DNA from: Sphyrna mokarran
Taxonomy: Eukaryota
DNA: 64,000 nucleotides
Assembly: GCA_024679065.1 (NCBI GenBank)
Contig: JAGIQG010000002.1
Coordinates: 80,724,001-80,788,000 of the forward strand
Direction: 5' to 3'
A program made the translations under genes and the position numbers. Below, piece by piece: positions 10,902 through 21,945 of this stretch; positions within the stretch are counted from its first letter, which is position 1, and each line of letters opens with the position of its first letter. The notes beneath the pieces were generated by a model that ran no database searches, was not told where the DNA came from, and was given only the letters and a program-made list of their open reading frames with translations.

Positions 10902-13900
10902 CTAAAGAAGAAGGGAAAATGTTATTCAGATATGACACACATTAAATGCAACATTCTTGCCTATGGCAGAATTTATTGGCTTCTGTCTGTAATCACACAT
11001 TGGTTACAGTTTGCCATTTCAAATACAGAACATATCAGCCTGTATGCCAACATTGAGAGTTTGAAGGATGTTCTAGAGCAATAATCTGTTATTGTCTTTG
11101 ATAAGGTGAATGCAAAATAACAGGATAATTCTCCCATCAGGATGAGGTACTTTATTAAATCACAAGTAGGCTTACAACACAGCAATGAAGTTACTGTGAA
11201 AATTCCCTAGTCCTACACTCAGATACTGAGGAGAATTTAGCATGGCTGACTAACAGCACATAGAATCCCTACAGTGCAGATGGAGGCCATTTGGCTCATC
11301 AAGCATGCCCTGATCACAATCCCACTCAAATCCTATTCCTGCAATTTCTCATATCTACTCTGCTGTCAACCTAACCTGCTCATTTCTGGAGTGTGGGAGG
11401 AAACTGGAGCACAAGGAGGAAACCCACACAGACATGGGATGAACTTGCAGACTCCATGCAGAAAATGACCCAGCATCCCTATGATGTGTTGCAACAATAC
11501 TAACCATTGTGCCACCATGCCATCTTTAGGGTTTCTCTATTTTGAAGCCAAATCATGAAACCAGAATTTTACTGCACAGGAGACAGCCTATTAGATCTAT
11601 ACTGGTTTATCCTTTATTTTCACTGGACTTAGTACCTGTTCTAAAAGAGATTCTCCTTCCACCAGTGCATTTCATATTCTAATAAGCAGGTAATAAAATA
11701 AACTTTGTTTTGTTTCCTTCTTGGGTGCCCTTTGATAAATTCATACCTCCAATTCTTGATCAAGTGAAATATATTTTTCCTTTTACACTCAAAACCCTTC
11801 AATGTTTCATTATCAGAGCCCCTCTTACCTGCTCTGCTTTAATGAAAATAGCACCAATTTCTTTAATCTCAACAGCTGAAGTAATGCAACTACAGATGGA
11901 CCACAAGTAAAAATGAACAGTTGAATAACTTTTAGCAGTTATCACCAAGAAATTACAAATTCTGAAAAGTATCTGTTAAAAACCCAGACCTCCTAAAGTC
12001 AATTAAGTAATAATGCAATTATCTCAGGGAGCTCTACAAGAGAAGAAAACCTGTGATTCAAAAGCACTGAGCATTTGTCAAGTAACATATCGCTTAAATT
12101 TACCAATGAGGGATGTCTAAAAAGTTAATGTTCCTGATGTATACTCCTGGCTTGGCATTTTGCCTGTTGGAAGCATGCATCAGGAAATCACAAGTGTGTA
12201 CCCAGCAATTTCATGTTTTTTTGACATTTGGATATGATTCCACAGACAAAAAGCTGCCAATATCAAGTTATTCAACTGTGGATGTTAGACCAATTCTACA
12301 TGACCCTGAATCAGCACTTTGAATAGAAGTTACAGAAACTTATCACTGGTTGAACCAAAATGGGGCCACAGATTACGATCAACATTGTGACAGCCTGCAG
12401 TGCTTTATCAAAAGATGCTATTCTTGATTTTGTACAGATTCATCCAGGATTCCTGCTCCTGAGTTTCAATAGAACATTACAGGAGGTTGAAAACAGAGGG
12501 GTCAGCTTGAATGCAAGGTGGAGAATTAAAACAATCAGGACTCAGGGTCTGACTTGTAACCTGAAAAAAGTCTCACTAAGCAGTCACTCATTTTGCTTCA
12601 ATTTTATTTCCCTCTGCAGGTTCAGTTGTATCTTTTTCCTTGTTTTTGCTTTCAGGCATGTCATTCACTTGTCTACACATCTTTTGTTTCTTACTTGACC
12701 ATTCTTTGGCACTGCGTCACCAACTCTTGTCATTTAATCCCCCATATTCTAATCAACACAGATCTTCCTTTTGTTCATTTTCTACCTTCACCTTGCTGTT
12801 TCTTATACACATTGTATTTTGAATTTTTCTAGTCATCAACCTGAAATTTAATATGGTTTCTCTCCACAGAGGATGCCTAATTTAGGTATTTCCTGCATTT
12901 TCAGGTTTACAGCATGTATAGTATTTTCTTTTATATAAAAGACTGGTCAGAATTATGTCCTCCCTTGCATGTTATTGGAGTGGAATTATCTTTAGGCTCC
13001 TGCCTGCCCAATCCAGTTGTGATTTTATGCTGGAGCACTGGGCCATTTCTTTCCCAGACTTCAAATTATAGGACTAGTGGGCAAATGACAGTTCATGAGG
13101 GAGGGTGGAAAAAGACAAAGTTTCCTCTCGTGAAAAAAAAAGTCCCTTCTGACTGAGGGCTTAATGATCTCTGGGCCTCCCTCCCCACTTCAGTCTATCC
13201 CTTGACACCAATATTGCCCCCTGGTGATCTCACAGATCCCACTTTGGGACTTCTACTCTTTACCCATCCTACAAGTCCTGGGACTTCAAACAGCCCCAGG
13301 GAGTGCCTCTTCCAGGCACAGCACTGCAAAGACCGGAAGGACTGGTGAAGTCTTCATCAATCTGATTGGCTGGCAGCATTTCAAGGCAGGATTTCCTCTT
13401 GAGTGAGGTAGGGAGCCCCACCTTTTGCTGCTCAATGCTTATTTGAGTGTACTTTTGGCATTGGTGCTGTTTGAGTTGGCAGGCAAGTATTCAAGCCATT
13501 AAGAATGGTGACAAATATTTCTAGTAGTTTAAAATAAATAACATGGACTTACAGAGATCAATGTCACCAGCCTCATAAGTGTACAAACGATTGTCATACT
13601 TCCCTCTGATATCTGCTCTCACTGTTAAGGAAGGATCTGTATTCAAAGAAAGAAAACACTCAATACTTTAAAGTACACATTAAAGGCTAGGAATATTAAT
13701 ATAACTACAATAACTAAAATGTTATAATTCTTACCTACAAAGATTATCCTGGGAACATACTGACTGTCAGGCCATAAGTTTTTGTCAGTTGTCTCAAACT
13801 GTAATGAAAAATGATATGGTTGTAGTTATTGGCAATGCAAACAATACCAAGGCACATATTTAAAAGAATGCAATGTATAAACTTGTACATAGATAACACA

Positions 13901-16900
13901 AACCTAGTCATATTGACTGGGGTACATGTGAGATATAGCATGAAAGAGTCTTTCATTCTTGAAAGGGCCTAGCTGACTGAAACTCACACAGGGAAGCCTC
14001 ATAGTTGCACCCATGGTATAAGACTTAAATTCTCATGGAAATGGAAGTAATTTGGACCTTAGCCAAAATGGTACCAGAGGCCAGATATCTCACCACTGAA
14101 CGTGGCATCTCTATTTTTTGCTGGGGGTGGCAGCAAAGTGTAGCTTTGATTCAAAAGCAATTTTTGAAAAAACAACTCAGCTTTAGACATTTGAGTAAAA
14201 GCTCTAAACTTTTGGAATTCTTCTGGGATTGTTAGCAATTGAAATTTGAATAAAAAGTGGATATGCTCTGTGGCACTGTCAAAAAAATCTCCTGCCCTTT
14301 AAATTGAAGAAAAAGCCCAGCCCATTGTGACTTAGTATTTGCAATTTCAATACATGTTTGTTTATGCAAGCCTGAAAGTTATTACTATAGGATTTGTGGG
14401 GTTTAATGGCTTCCACATACTAGCATTATCACAGTGGGTGTCTGATGTTTATCTCAGTTCATCTCACCTTGGTTCCAGAGGTTGCCCCTGGTTGAATGCA
14501 ATGGAGGGGATAAGGGTAAAGGGTTGACATGGAAAATATTGGGGGGGTGGGGTGGAAAGAGAAATAAAGGTGTAATGAGTTAGTATGAATGGAGCATCTG
14601 GGGGTTCAGCGATAGGAGGCTCTGTTTTTTCCTTGCAACTGGAAACAAATCTCAGATAGACATTTAAAATTGTATACAGTTTACTCTTGCTCCATTAGCA
14701 TTGCAGGCTAGTATTGCGTTGAATCAGATTTTCTAATGCTCTGGCATTTTTACAAGAACAGTTACAGCTTTTCTACTCCAGTTTGACTGCTGGCCATACT
14801 GAAACTCAGGTACTTCATCTATGTTGCTAATGTGACTAGTTACATGTGCTTTTGCCACCTCATCATGAACCTGCTTTACTATAAAACACTGTTAGTATCT
14901 TGATAGCTTGATTTAGAAAATTTTGTCTCACTTCTCTGCTAATTTTGCTCATCCTTCACTCAACCATACTATGTATCACACACAAATCCAATAAGTATAT
15001 ACAAATACCAAACTAAACATTTGCACACCACTGCCAATAAAACCTTATCTTCTATTCTCAAATTCTTGTCACTTAATATTCCCATTATAAAATGCAAACA
15101 TTTAAAATTCTTTAATTTAAGTATTCATGGGTAAAAAGCATTCTTGCTAAATACTGCAAGTTAGACCAATGTGAAAAAAAGCTATTCCTACACAAACTGA
15201 AGGAAAATAAATCTCCAGGGTTAGAAAGGTAATAATTTCCAAGGGAGCAGAGGAGCACTGTGAATCATTAACAATCATGGGCAGTTAGTGGTCACTGGGG
15301 AATTTCTTGCAAATTGGAAACTGGCTAATATAATCCTTCTATTAGAAAGGGATAGCAAAATAGACTATTTAATATAATTGAAAATCAGTTCGAAGGCACT
15401 TGAGAATTATTGATAAAATAACAACCTGGAAAACAGCAATTAAACAAAACTAATCAGGGAAAGTCCTGCTTGACCGACAATCTTTTAATAACAGGCAGCC
15501 AAATGGAAGGTGTTAATCCTTATGGCGCTATGTAGATTTATGTAAGGCACTTAAACTCCATCCTTCAAGTTACAAAGCTCAGTGGATCAGGCAAACCCAA
15601 ATCCATTCCTTGCTCGCTCCAAAAAAAACAAAATTCAAATTGATACCATTCATGGTATCCACAAGAGAGACAAACAAGATCTATGCTAACAAGGTAAGGC
15701 ATTTTATCCCATCTTGGGCTTGATCTTAGCCAAAAGGCCTCTGTAAGGCATTTGTAAAAGTTCTCTTCATGAAAACCAACTAGTTAAGAACAAAGTTGTG
15801 AATATTTGTGGAAGAACTTGGGTGTGATAAATTGTTTGAGGAGGGGTGGGGGTGGAGATAGCATAAAAGGTGCTTATTGAGATTGTGAATGCAAGTCAAT
15901 TAGATAATCAGATGATACCAAACCAGTGCGATCAAAGGAGGTAGCCTTGATATTAAACAAAATATATAAGCGGGCTGGAATGAGAGAGATGAAGTTTAAT
16001 GCAGGTAAGTGTGAAATATTGCATGCTAGAAAAATAAGGAACATGAATGGCTCTAAAATTGTTCAGTATGAAAATTAGTGTCTTGGCAGATTGGTGCTCT
16101 GCAATGTGTTCAATGAATAGATCAAAAGACAAAAACAAAATGCAAATCAACTGATGCTATAGTCAACTATACCATATTCTGGTCAGACTGTTTGCCATTG
16201 AGAAAACTGTGCACACTATTGCTCTTCATGAATAAACACCACTGGATACTGCAAAAAGCCTCAAGATTGATCTCTAATGTTAAAGACATGCACCATGAGA
16301 GATCTGGTAACTGATTTTTTTACTTGAATATGTCAAAGGTCAAATTAGAGGTATATAAAATGGTAAACTGCATGGAAAATCTGGAGTATTATTTTGAAGT
16401 TAAACTACAAAATAGGATAAATTTATGCTAATCCAAAAAATAGCACAAATCCATTATTCTCCAGAGCACAAGTACTTTCCTATATCAATGCAGTAACAAA
16501 GTACTTTTGAATATTTTTTTCTCTTACCACAAGATTAAGCATAACAAAGTCCTCTTTTGCCATTTTCTGAATGTCCTTATTTTCAGCAAATGCTTTCTTC
16601 AGGGCTGTTAGAAGAAAATATAATGTGTAGGTGAAGAGATAGTGAATGCTACAAAATAAAGCAAAAACATTCTCAGCAGCTATTTTACTCTAAAGCACAA
16701 TTAACTATAACAATCAGACTTTAAACTGTTTGTTGAAGTGATTAGTTACCTTGACTGTATGGGCATTCATCCAGGTGGTGGATAACCATTAAAGGTCGAT
16801 TGCTGAAACATGAATACTATAATTAATTCACTGTTTAAATCTGATGAAATGAATATTTAAAGAGGTTAATAAATTCCCTTCCATAAGAGTGTTCAAATGC

Positions 16901-19900
16901 ACTTTACACAAGCAATTGTGACATTTGAGTATAATGTAACCAAAAATTATCTTAAGATATTTGAAATACTAGTAAGCACATGAACCATTTTTAGAGAATT
17001 ATACCAGGGTAGGGATGAACCAACAACTGAATTGTACCAGTATATGGTTACATCAATAATCTGGATTCAGAAACAAAAAAGTTTGCAAAGTATACCAAAA
17101 TGGAATTTGTAACTTAAATTACAACTGGATTGGACAAATAAAGGCCAATACAATAAAATATAAAGTATAGGGGCAGCATGGTGGCACAATGTTAGCACTG
17201 CTGCCTCGCAATGCCAGATATAATTCACAGCTTGGGCCTCTGTCTGTGTGGAGTTTGCACGCTCTCCGTGTCAGTGTGGGTCTCCTCTCACTTCAAGGAT
17301 GTGCAGGTTAGGTTGCTTGGCCATGCTAAATTTTCTTCTATCGTCAGAGGGAACTAGCTAAGGTAAATGCATGGGTTATTGCTGGGTAGGATTGTGGTTA
17401 GTGCAGACTTGATAGGATTCTATGATTCCATAAAGTGCTACAAATAGGAAGGGAAGAAATGAGTTAATGAAATCAATAAGGATGAATCTGAAAGAACAAG
17501 GAGTCTCAGCAGCCATAACATTAAACTCAAACTCGTAATTGTGACTGATAATGAGTAACTGTTCAACAAGTAGGGGAGAACTCTTGGAATCATTTAAGAA
17601 ACAATTCAGTTATCCAATGGGGTTACATTAAGATTCAGTAATTCATGGGCTGAATGGCTTTCCTCTGATGATTACCTACACGAATAGGCTTTGCCTTGTC
17701 CAATCGATCAAGACCTGCCAATATCAGCTGAGTAACCTTTTGCAGATCTGAACATCACTTCAAATTCTTGAGTTTGGAAAAGGCTATCCAAAATAATGTT
17801 TTGCTGCTCAGTGATTCTCTCCCTATTATTGAGGCCATTCTTCCTTGTTATTTGCCTTAAAAAGGTAATATCCTTAAAGGAGAAATAAATTTTTAATTGA
17901 CTTTTTGATATACAAGTGCAACATTGCCTCTAAGCTGTGTGGCCATACAACAAAGAATCGAACTAGCTGGGCACAAGCAATGTTCCTTTATAAGTGCATG
18001 CATGTCTGTTACAGAGACAAGATGTCTGCACCAGGAACAAAATACAAAACTAGAAAATCTTAGTTTGACAGCATGGAGCCAATTTTTGAGTCTAGATGAT
18101 CCTTTGGTCAGAGCTAATAGCTAAGAGAATCAGCGTAGATTTATACCATAAGGATACAGATGGGTGGGTGGGTGGAGAGCAGCAGGGACAAGGAGATCTG
18201 GAATAGACATATGGAAAGAAGGAGTATAAGTGAATGAGATGAAACAAAATGAAATAAAGTAAATGGAAATGGGATGAAGCTGGAGGAAAGAATTCATGCT
18301 GTGAAGTCATGCTCTTTGTGCCCTAAGAATTTAGATGAAACATGATTATAAGATGCATCAATATATACTGGAGTCCAACACTTGGTCAAGTGATATTATT
18401 TAGTGTTACATGCTGACAGAACCATGGGTATATTGCTATCCCCATATAGAACAGCTGCTGATCAGGCCTTACCTGTCTGTGCTCAAATAAGCTAATGATA
18501 AGAGTTGATCTCACTCAAATTACTAAGGCGGCCAAGACACATTATGAATGGTGCAGTGGGAATGCTACAGCATCAAAGGCAGAAGGTCAGTCACATTAAC
18601 CAGAAATGGACTGCAGACAGCCTGTATGGTGCTGCCCCTTTTGGTTGTGTAAAGTGGCAATGACTCAAGTCCTCATTCAGAGTTTGACTTTTGGAGTCCA
18701 CAGAAAGGAATAGCAGCAAGAAAGATTGACGTACAACAAGGACCCAGGAACTACATGGCCTCCATGCAACTATAAGGTGATCCTTTTCTTTTCTGAAGTC
18801 AGGGCCATAGTGAGCTGAGTACACCCTCCCTGAACAGACTCTTAATGGGTTTAGTGTGGCCAGGAGCATAGCTAAACACCAAGCTTCTGCACCATTAACT
18901 TAGGATGATCCTACTGCAACAAACTGCATTACTTTAAATAACAGAAAATGCGAGGGAATCTCAAGCAGATCTAGTAGCTTTTGGAGAAGGTATAGTTAAA
19001 ATTTTGAGTCTGTATAACTCTGCTCAGAGTTAGAGAGGGATGGATTTTATACTGAATAAGAGGGGGTGGAGCAAATTAGAAAATCAGTAACAATTGTAAG
19101 CTCAGAATCATTGAAAAAAGATTTTTTTTAAACAGCAAAGGAAGCATTAAGACTATACAAGCTGCTAATGGTGACAAAGATAGCAGAACAAAGATCAAGG
19201 TTCAGTGAAAGCAAAACATAAGAACAAGTGACAGAAGGCTGTTTGTAGGGGGTGTGGCAGAGATGTTGCATTGCAACATTTTTTTTAAAAATGGCTCAAG
19301 ATGGAGAGGAAAGCTCACAATCTGAAGCTGTTGAATGTAAATGTTGAGTCAAGAAGGCTATAAATGCTTAATCAGATGCTGCTTCTCCAGTTTGTGTTGG
19401 ACTTCACTGTCAGTATGGAAGGGAAACTGTTGATTAAGAAGCACTGTTTTTCATTGTGGTATCATCAGGACAGATGTGATGGAGGTGAAGAAACTGGCAG
19501 AATGAGGTAGAGTCCTTACAGGAAGCCAGGTACGAGAAGCTGTCAAAGTTTGTGGGCTTGTCATGAATATTGATGGTCAGTCTATCATCAGAAATGGAGA
19601 CAGATCAAGGCAAGGAAGTATTGAAGGTGGACCAAGTGAAGGAGAGAGGGGTAGAAATTGGAAGTAAACTTGATATATTTTTCCAGGTCAAGATAAGAGC
19701 ATGAAGCAACACTCAATCATTGGTGTAATGGAAAAAAAGTTGTCTGCCTGAAGAAATGAGCAGAGGTAAAAAGGTAATGAATTGCATTAGCTGGTTCAAT
19801 GACCTTGACTTCCCATGAAGACAGCTCAGAGGCCAAAGCATAATTTAAGCTAGATTTCTTTTTCCTGGTTTTAACAAACATTCACATAAAATATGAACAA

Positions 19901-21607
19901 GTTGATTGACTCAACCAAACAACAAATGTCAAAACAATGACCTAACTGGCAATTGAAACATTGTGGATTTTTTTTTAATATTGCAACTTTATGTAGGTCA
20001 GGTCTACTGATTTCTGGGAGTCTTTTCATTGTACAGACCTTTCCTTTGTCACAAGACAACTTACAAATCATTCCTTTATCTGTCAATACTGCCACAAGAA
20101 CATCCTGGAATGATATGTTAGTTACTGTCACTCCCTAAGGGGGGAGTGTCTAACATTCCAGACAGCAGTCCATTCTCAATTGATTATATTTCAAGAGAGA
20201 GCTTGGTAGATTGTGGGACATCTAGGGAAATGGGAAAATCATGGATGATCAGATTTGATTTTGCTAAATAGCAGAGCAAAGGACTTGCTTTAGCTTTATA
20301 TTTTATGGATTGTGAGCATCCTGTAGATAGGGTTTGAGAAAGTAAAATTACAGAATTAAAGAGAGCTTTTCAACTTTGATCTGGACTTTGCATAAACCAC
20401 ATACAATCCATTCTACCAATGATACTGTCATACATCATCATAGAATCTCTACAGTGCAGAATGAGACCAGTAGGCCTATTGAGTCTACACCATCTACAAT
20501 TCTACTTATTCCCACAACCACACATATTTAACCTGCTAATCTCTGATACTGGGGTCAATTTAGCACGGCCAATCACCTAACCTGCGCACCTTTGGCCTGT
20601 GGGAGGAAACTGGAGTATCAGGAGGAAACCAATGCAGACATGGAGAGAATATGCAAACTGAGGCCAGAATTGAACCTGGATTCCTGCGCTTGAGGCAGCA
20701 GTGCTAACCACTGTACCATCCCTAAATTCACAATTATTCTTTGTGACACACAAAAAGGATATTTGCATTTCACCGTACAGCTTTCTCTGACTTAAACAAG
20801 AGTGAACAGCTTTACACGTGTATTTCCTCCTTCGCTACCTCTTCATCATTCTATTTTTTTAAGCAGGGCGGAGATATTTCATTTCCTGTTTTAGCTATGA
20901 TCGTTTCAAGTGGGAGGGCCACTTTTTGAACATTCCCTTCTTCTTTGATATACATTTCGTGTAATTACTCTGTATGCATCGCCTGTTCCTATCCTGTTAT
21001 GAACCCACCCCATTAATAAGCACTGCAAGGTTTGAGTTTCCCTAAGCATGCACTCTGTGGATCATCTCGGGAATTCTTGCATTCAGCGTTTACCAGCTAA
21101 TCTGATATGTGCATGCGTGAGTCTCCTATAGAATATTAAACAAATGCAAGGAATGAGGTGTACTCGAAGGTGTACAGGTGCAGGAACAATACTGACAGAC
21201 ACTAGAGAGCGCGCTTTTGGTTAGAAATGCAGCATTACCTCTTTCTTGATTTGAAGAGTCCTTCCTCGTAAGTCTGGACCCAATTAATGTCGTCTCCCCA
21301 TCCTAAGATTAAAATTAAATGCAAACATTAACCTAGTAACCACATCGGGGGGAAGGAGGGAGAGGAGAACGCGATCCAAGTAAACTGCACACAGATAGCA
21401 AAGCATAACCAAACAAACAATGTACCCCGGGGTACTGTGAAAAGTTATAGCCACCTTACCTCTGGACAAACTGGGAGGGCATTGCTTCGTGTTTGTACTC
21501 TCGTTTTTAGCTGGAGGGCTCACAGTCTTGGATCCGGCGGCACCTCTTGCCAGACAACCTGAGACAGCCGCCAGCAGCACCAGTAGGAAAAACGGGAGGG
21601 CAGCCAT
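10852..21607 (-). CDS. agr2: Anterior gradient family protein (AGR2/AGR3/Ag1-like ER PDI-family protein), spliced CDS of 7 coding exons, 179 aa
   Basis: Exons 21607-21460, 21302-21239, 16802-16750, 16604-16528, 13798-13735, 13636-13553 and 10901-10852 (148+64+53+77+64+84+50=540 nt) are all GT-AG and in phase. They give [179 protein letters not shown]. The family is certain; the paralog name (agr2 vs agr3/ag1) is tentative. Confidence 0.93.
11148..11523 (-). mobile_element. HE1-type SINE (plus adjacent second tail fragment)
   Basis: catagaatccctacagtgcaga tail; gtgggaggaaactggagcac..ggaaacccacacagac core; tRNA-like head ending gccaccatgcc. Confidence 0.85.
12560..12912 (+). mobile_element. 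Penelope-like element terminal fragment
   Basis: Ends with gtcatcaacctgaaatttaat..tctctccacagaggatgcct..atttcctgcattttcag, the terminal module repeated at several other sites in the window. Confidence 0.5.
12945..13520. mobile_element. Non-autonomous DNA transposon (Harbinger-type termini)
   Basis: Starts ggtcagaatt; internal ctgattggctggcagc block resembles 55200-55450. Confidence 0.45.
13553..13636 (-). CDS. agr2: AGR coding exon 6 ([28 protein letters not shown])
   Basis: 84 nt, atacag| ... |gtaagt; [10 protein letters not shown] motif. Confidence 0.96.
13735..13798 (-). CDS. agr2: AGR coding exon 5 ([21 protein letters not shown])
   Basis: 64 nt, ttacag| ... |gtaaga; YVPRI motif. Confidence 0.96.
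15240..16440 (+). mobile_element. Old, decayed CR1 LINE RT region (interrupted at 15553-15741)
   Basis: NWKLANI.LL, GKSCLT, D.CKAF.KV and MKFNAGKCE motifs. Confidence 0.7.
15553..15741 (-). mobile_element. U2 snRNA-derived retroposed element with 12-bp TSD
   Basis: 15739-15719 is U2 nt 11-31 exactly; downstream are Sm-site-like TTTTTTTTGGAGC and stem-III-like sequence; flanked by TGTAAGGCACTT (15541-15552) and TGTAAGGCATTT (15742-15753). Confidence 0.8.
16528..16604 (-). CDS. agr2: AGR coding exon 4 ([26 protein letters not shown])
   Basis: 77 nt, taacag| ... |gtaaga. Confidence 0.96.
16750..16802 (-). CDS. agr2: AGR coding exon 3 ([17 protein letters not shown])
   Basis: 53 nt, tttcag| ... 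|gtaact; contains the CxxS pseudo-thioredoxin motif. Confidence 0.96.
17170..17430 (+). mobile_element. HE1-type SINE
   Basis: gggcagcatggtggcacaatgttagcactgctgcctc head, tgtgtggagtttgcac core, gattctatgatt tail. Confidence 0.9.
18935..19760 (-). mobile_element. Decayed Penelope-like retroelement (RT/GIY-YIG 3' portion)
   Basis: Penelope terminal module at 18935-19030; FFHYTND (YIDD-like) near 19710-19740 on -. Confidence 0.55.
20438..20722 (-). mobile_element. HE1-type SINE
   Basis: Complete tail, core and head in antisense. Confidence 0.9.
21239..21302 (-). CDS. agr2: AGR coding exon 2 ([21 protein letters not shown])
   Basis: 64 nt, cttag| ... |gtaatg; family signature GWGD-W-QTYEE. Confidence 0.96.
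21460..21607 (-). CDS. agr2: AGR coding exon 1 (signal peptide + N-terminal extension, ends ...SLSR G)
   Basis: ATG at 21607, hydrophobic signal peptide, donor AG|GTAAGG at 21459; probable acceptor ttctgtgccttgtgtccccag at 21637-21638. Confidence 0.93.
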
Positions 21608-21814
21608 CCTGGTGGGATTCGATTTGTATCAGAGGACTGGGGACACAAGGCACAGAATCAGCAAAATAATACCTTTCAACAATTCAACAACACGTATATG
21701 CACGTCTCAATAATTCCAGAGAGAGAGAGAAGGTTTAGGAATTGTTCTATTTTGTCAAAAATGATTTAACTTCCTTAGTGAAAATCAAAAGTAAAAGTTG
21801 CACCTCCTGTTTAC

Positions 21815-21865
21815 CTGTAAGAGGTTCTGCCGAATCCAAGCCGGGCGCTGTTCACACCGTGCTGT
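21815..21865 (-). other. Probable non-coding first exon of the AGR gene (5' end approximate)
   Basis: Donor CAG|GTAAAC at 21814, downstream of a TATA box; vertebrate AGR2 also starts translation in exon 2. Confidence 0.55.
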
Positions 21866-21889
21866 GATTCCAAGGTGCTATGTTCCCAA

Positions 21890-21945
21890 ATATATACTTG
21901 ATGTTCGCCATCCCATTGGTCACTATCCTTTAATCGCCCTCCCCA
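21890..21945 (-). promoter_or_regulatory. Core promoter candidate: TATATA (21896-21891), CCAAT (21919-21915), GC-like box (~21935-21943)
   Basis: Motif order and spacing on the minus strand upstream of the predicted first exon, inside a CpG-retaining stretch (~20.8-22.0 kb). Confidence 0.55.

Noticed and set aside
21284-21459. Continuation of the 107-aa ORF (GKVAITFHS...)
   Set aside because: Read-through into the intron; the strong donor at 21459 and the in-frame GWGD exon show the real protein is spliced.
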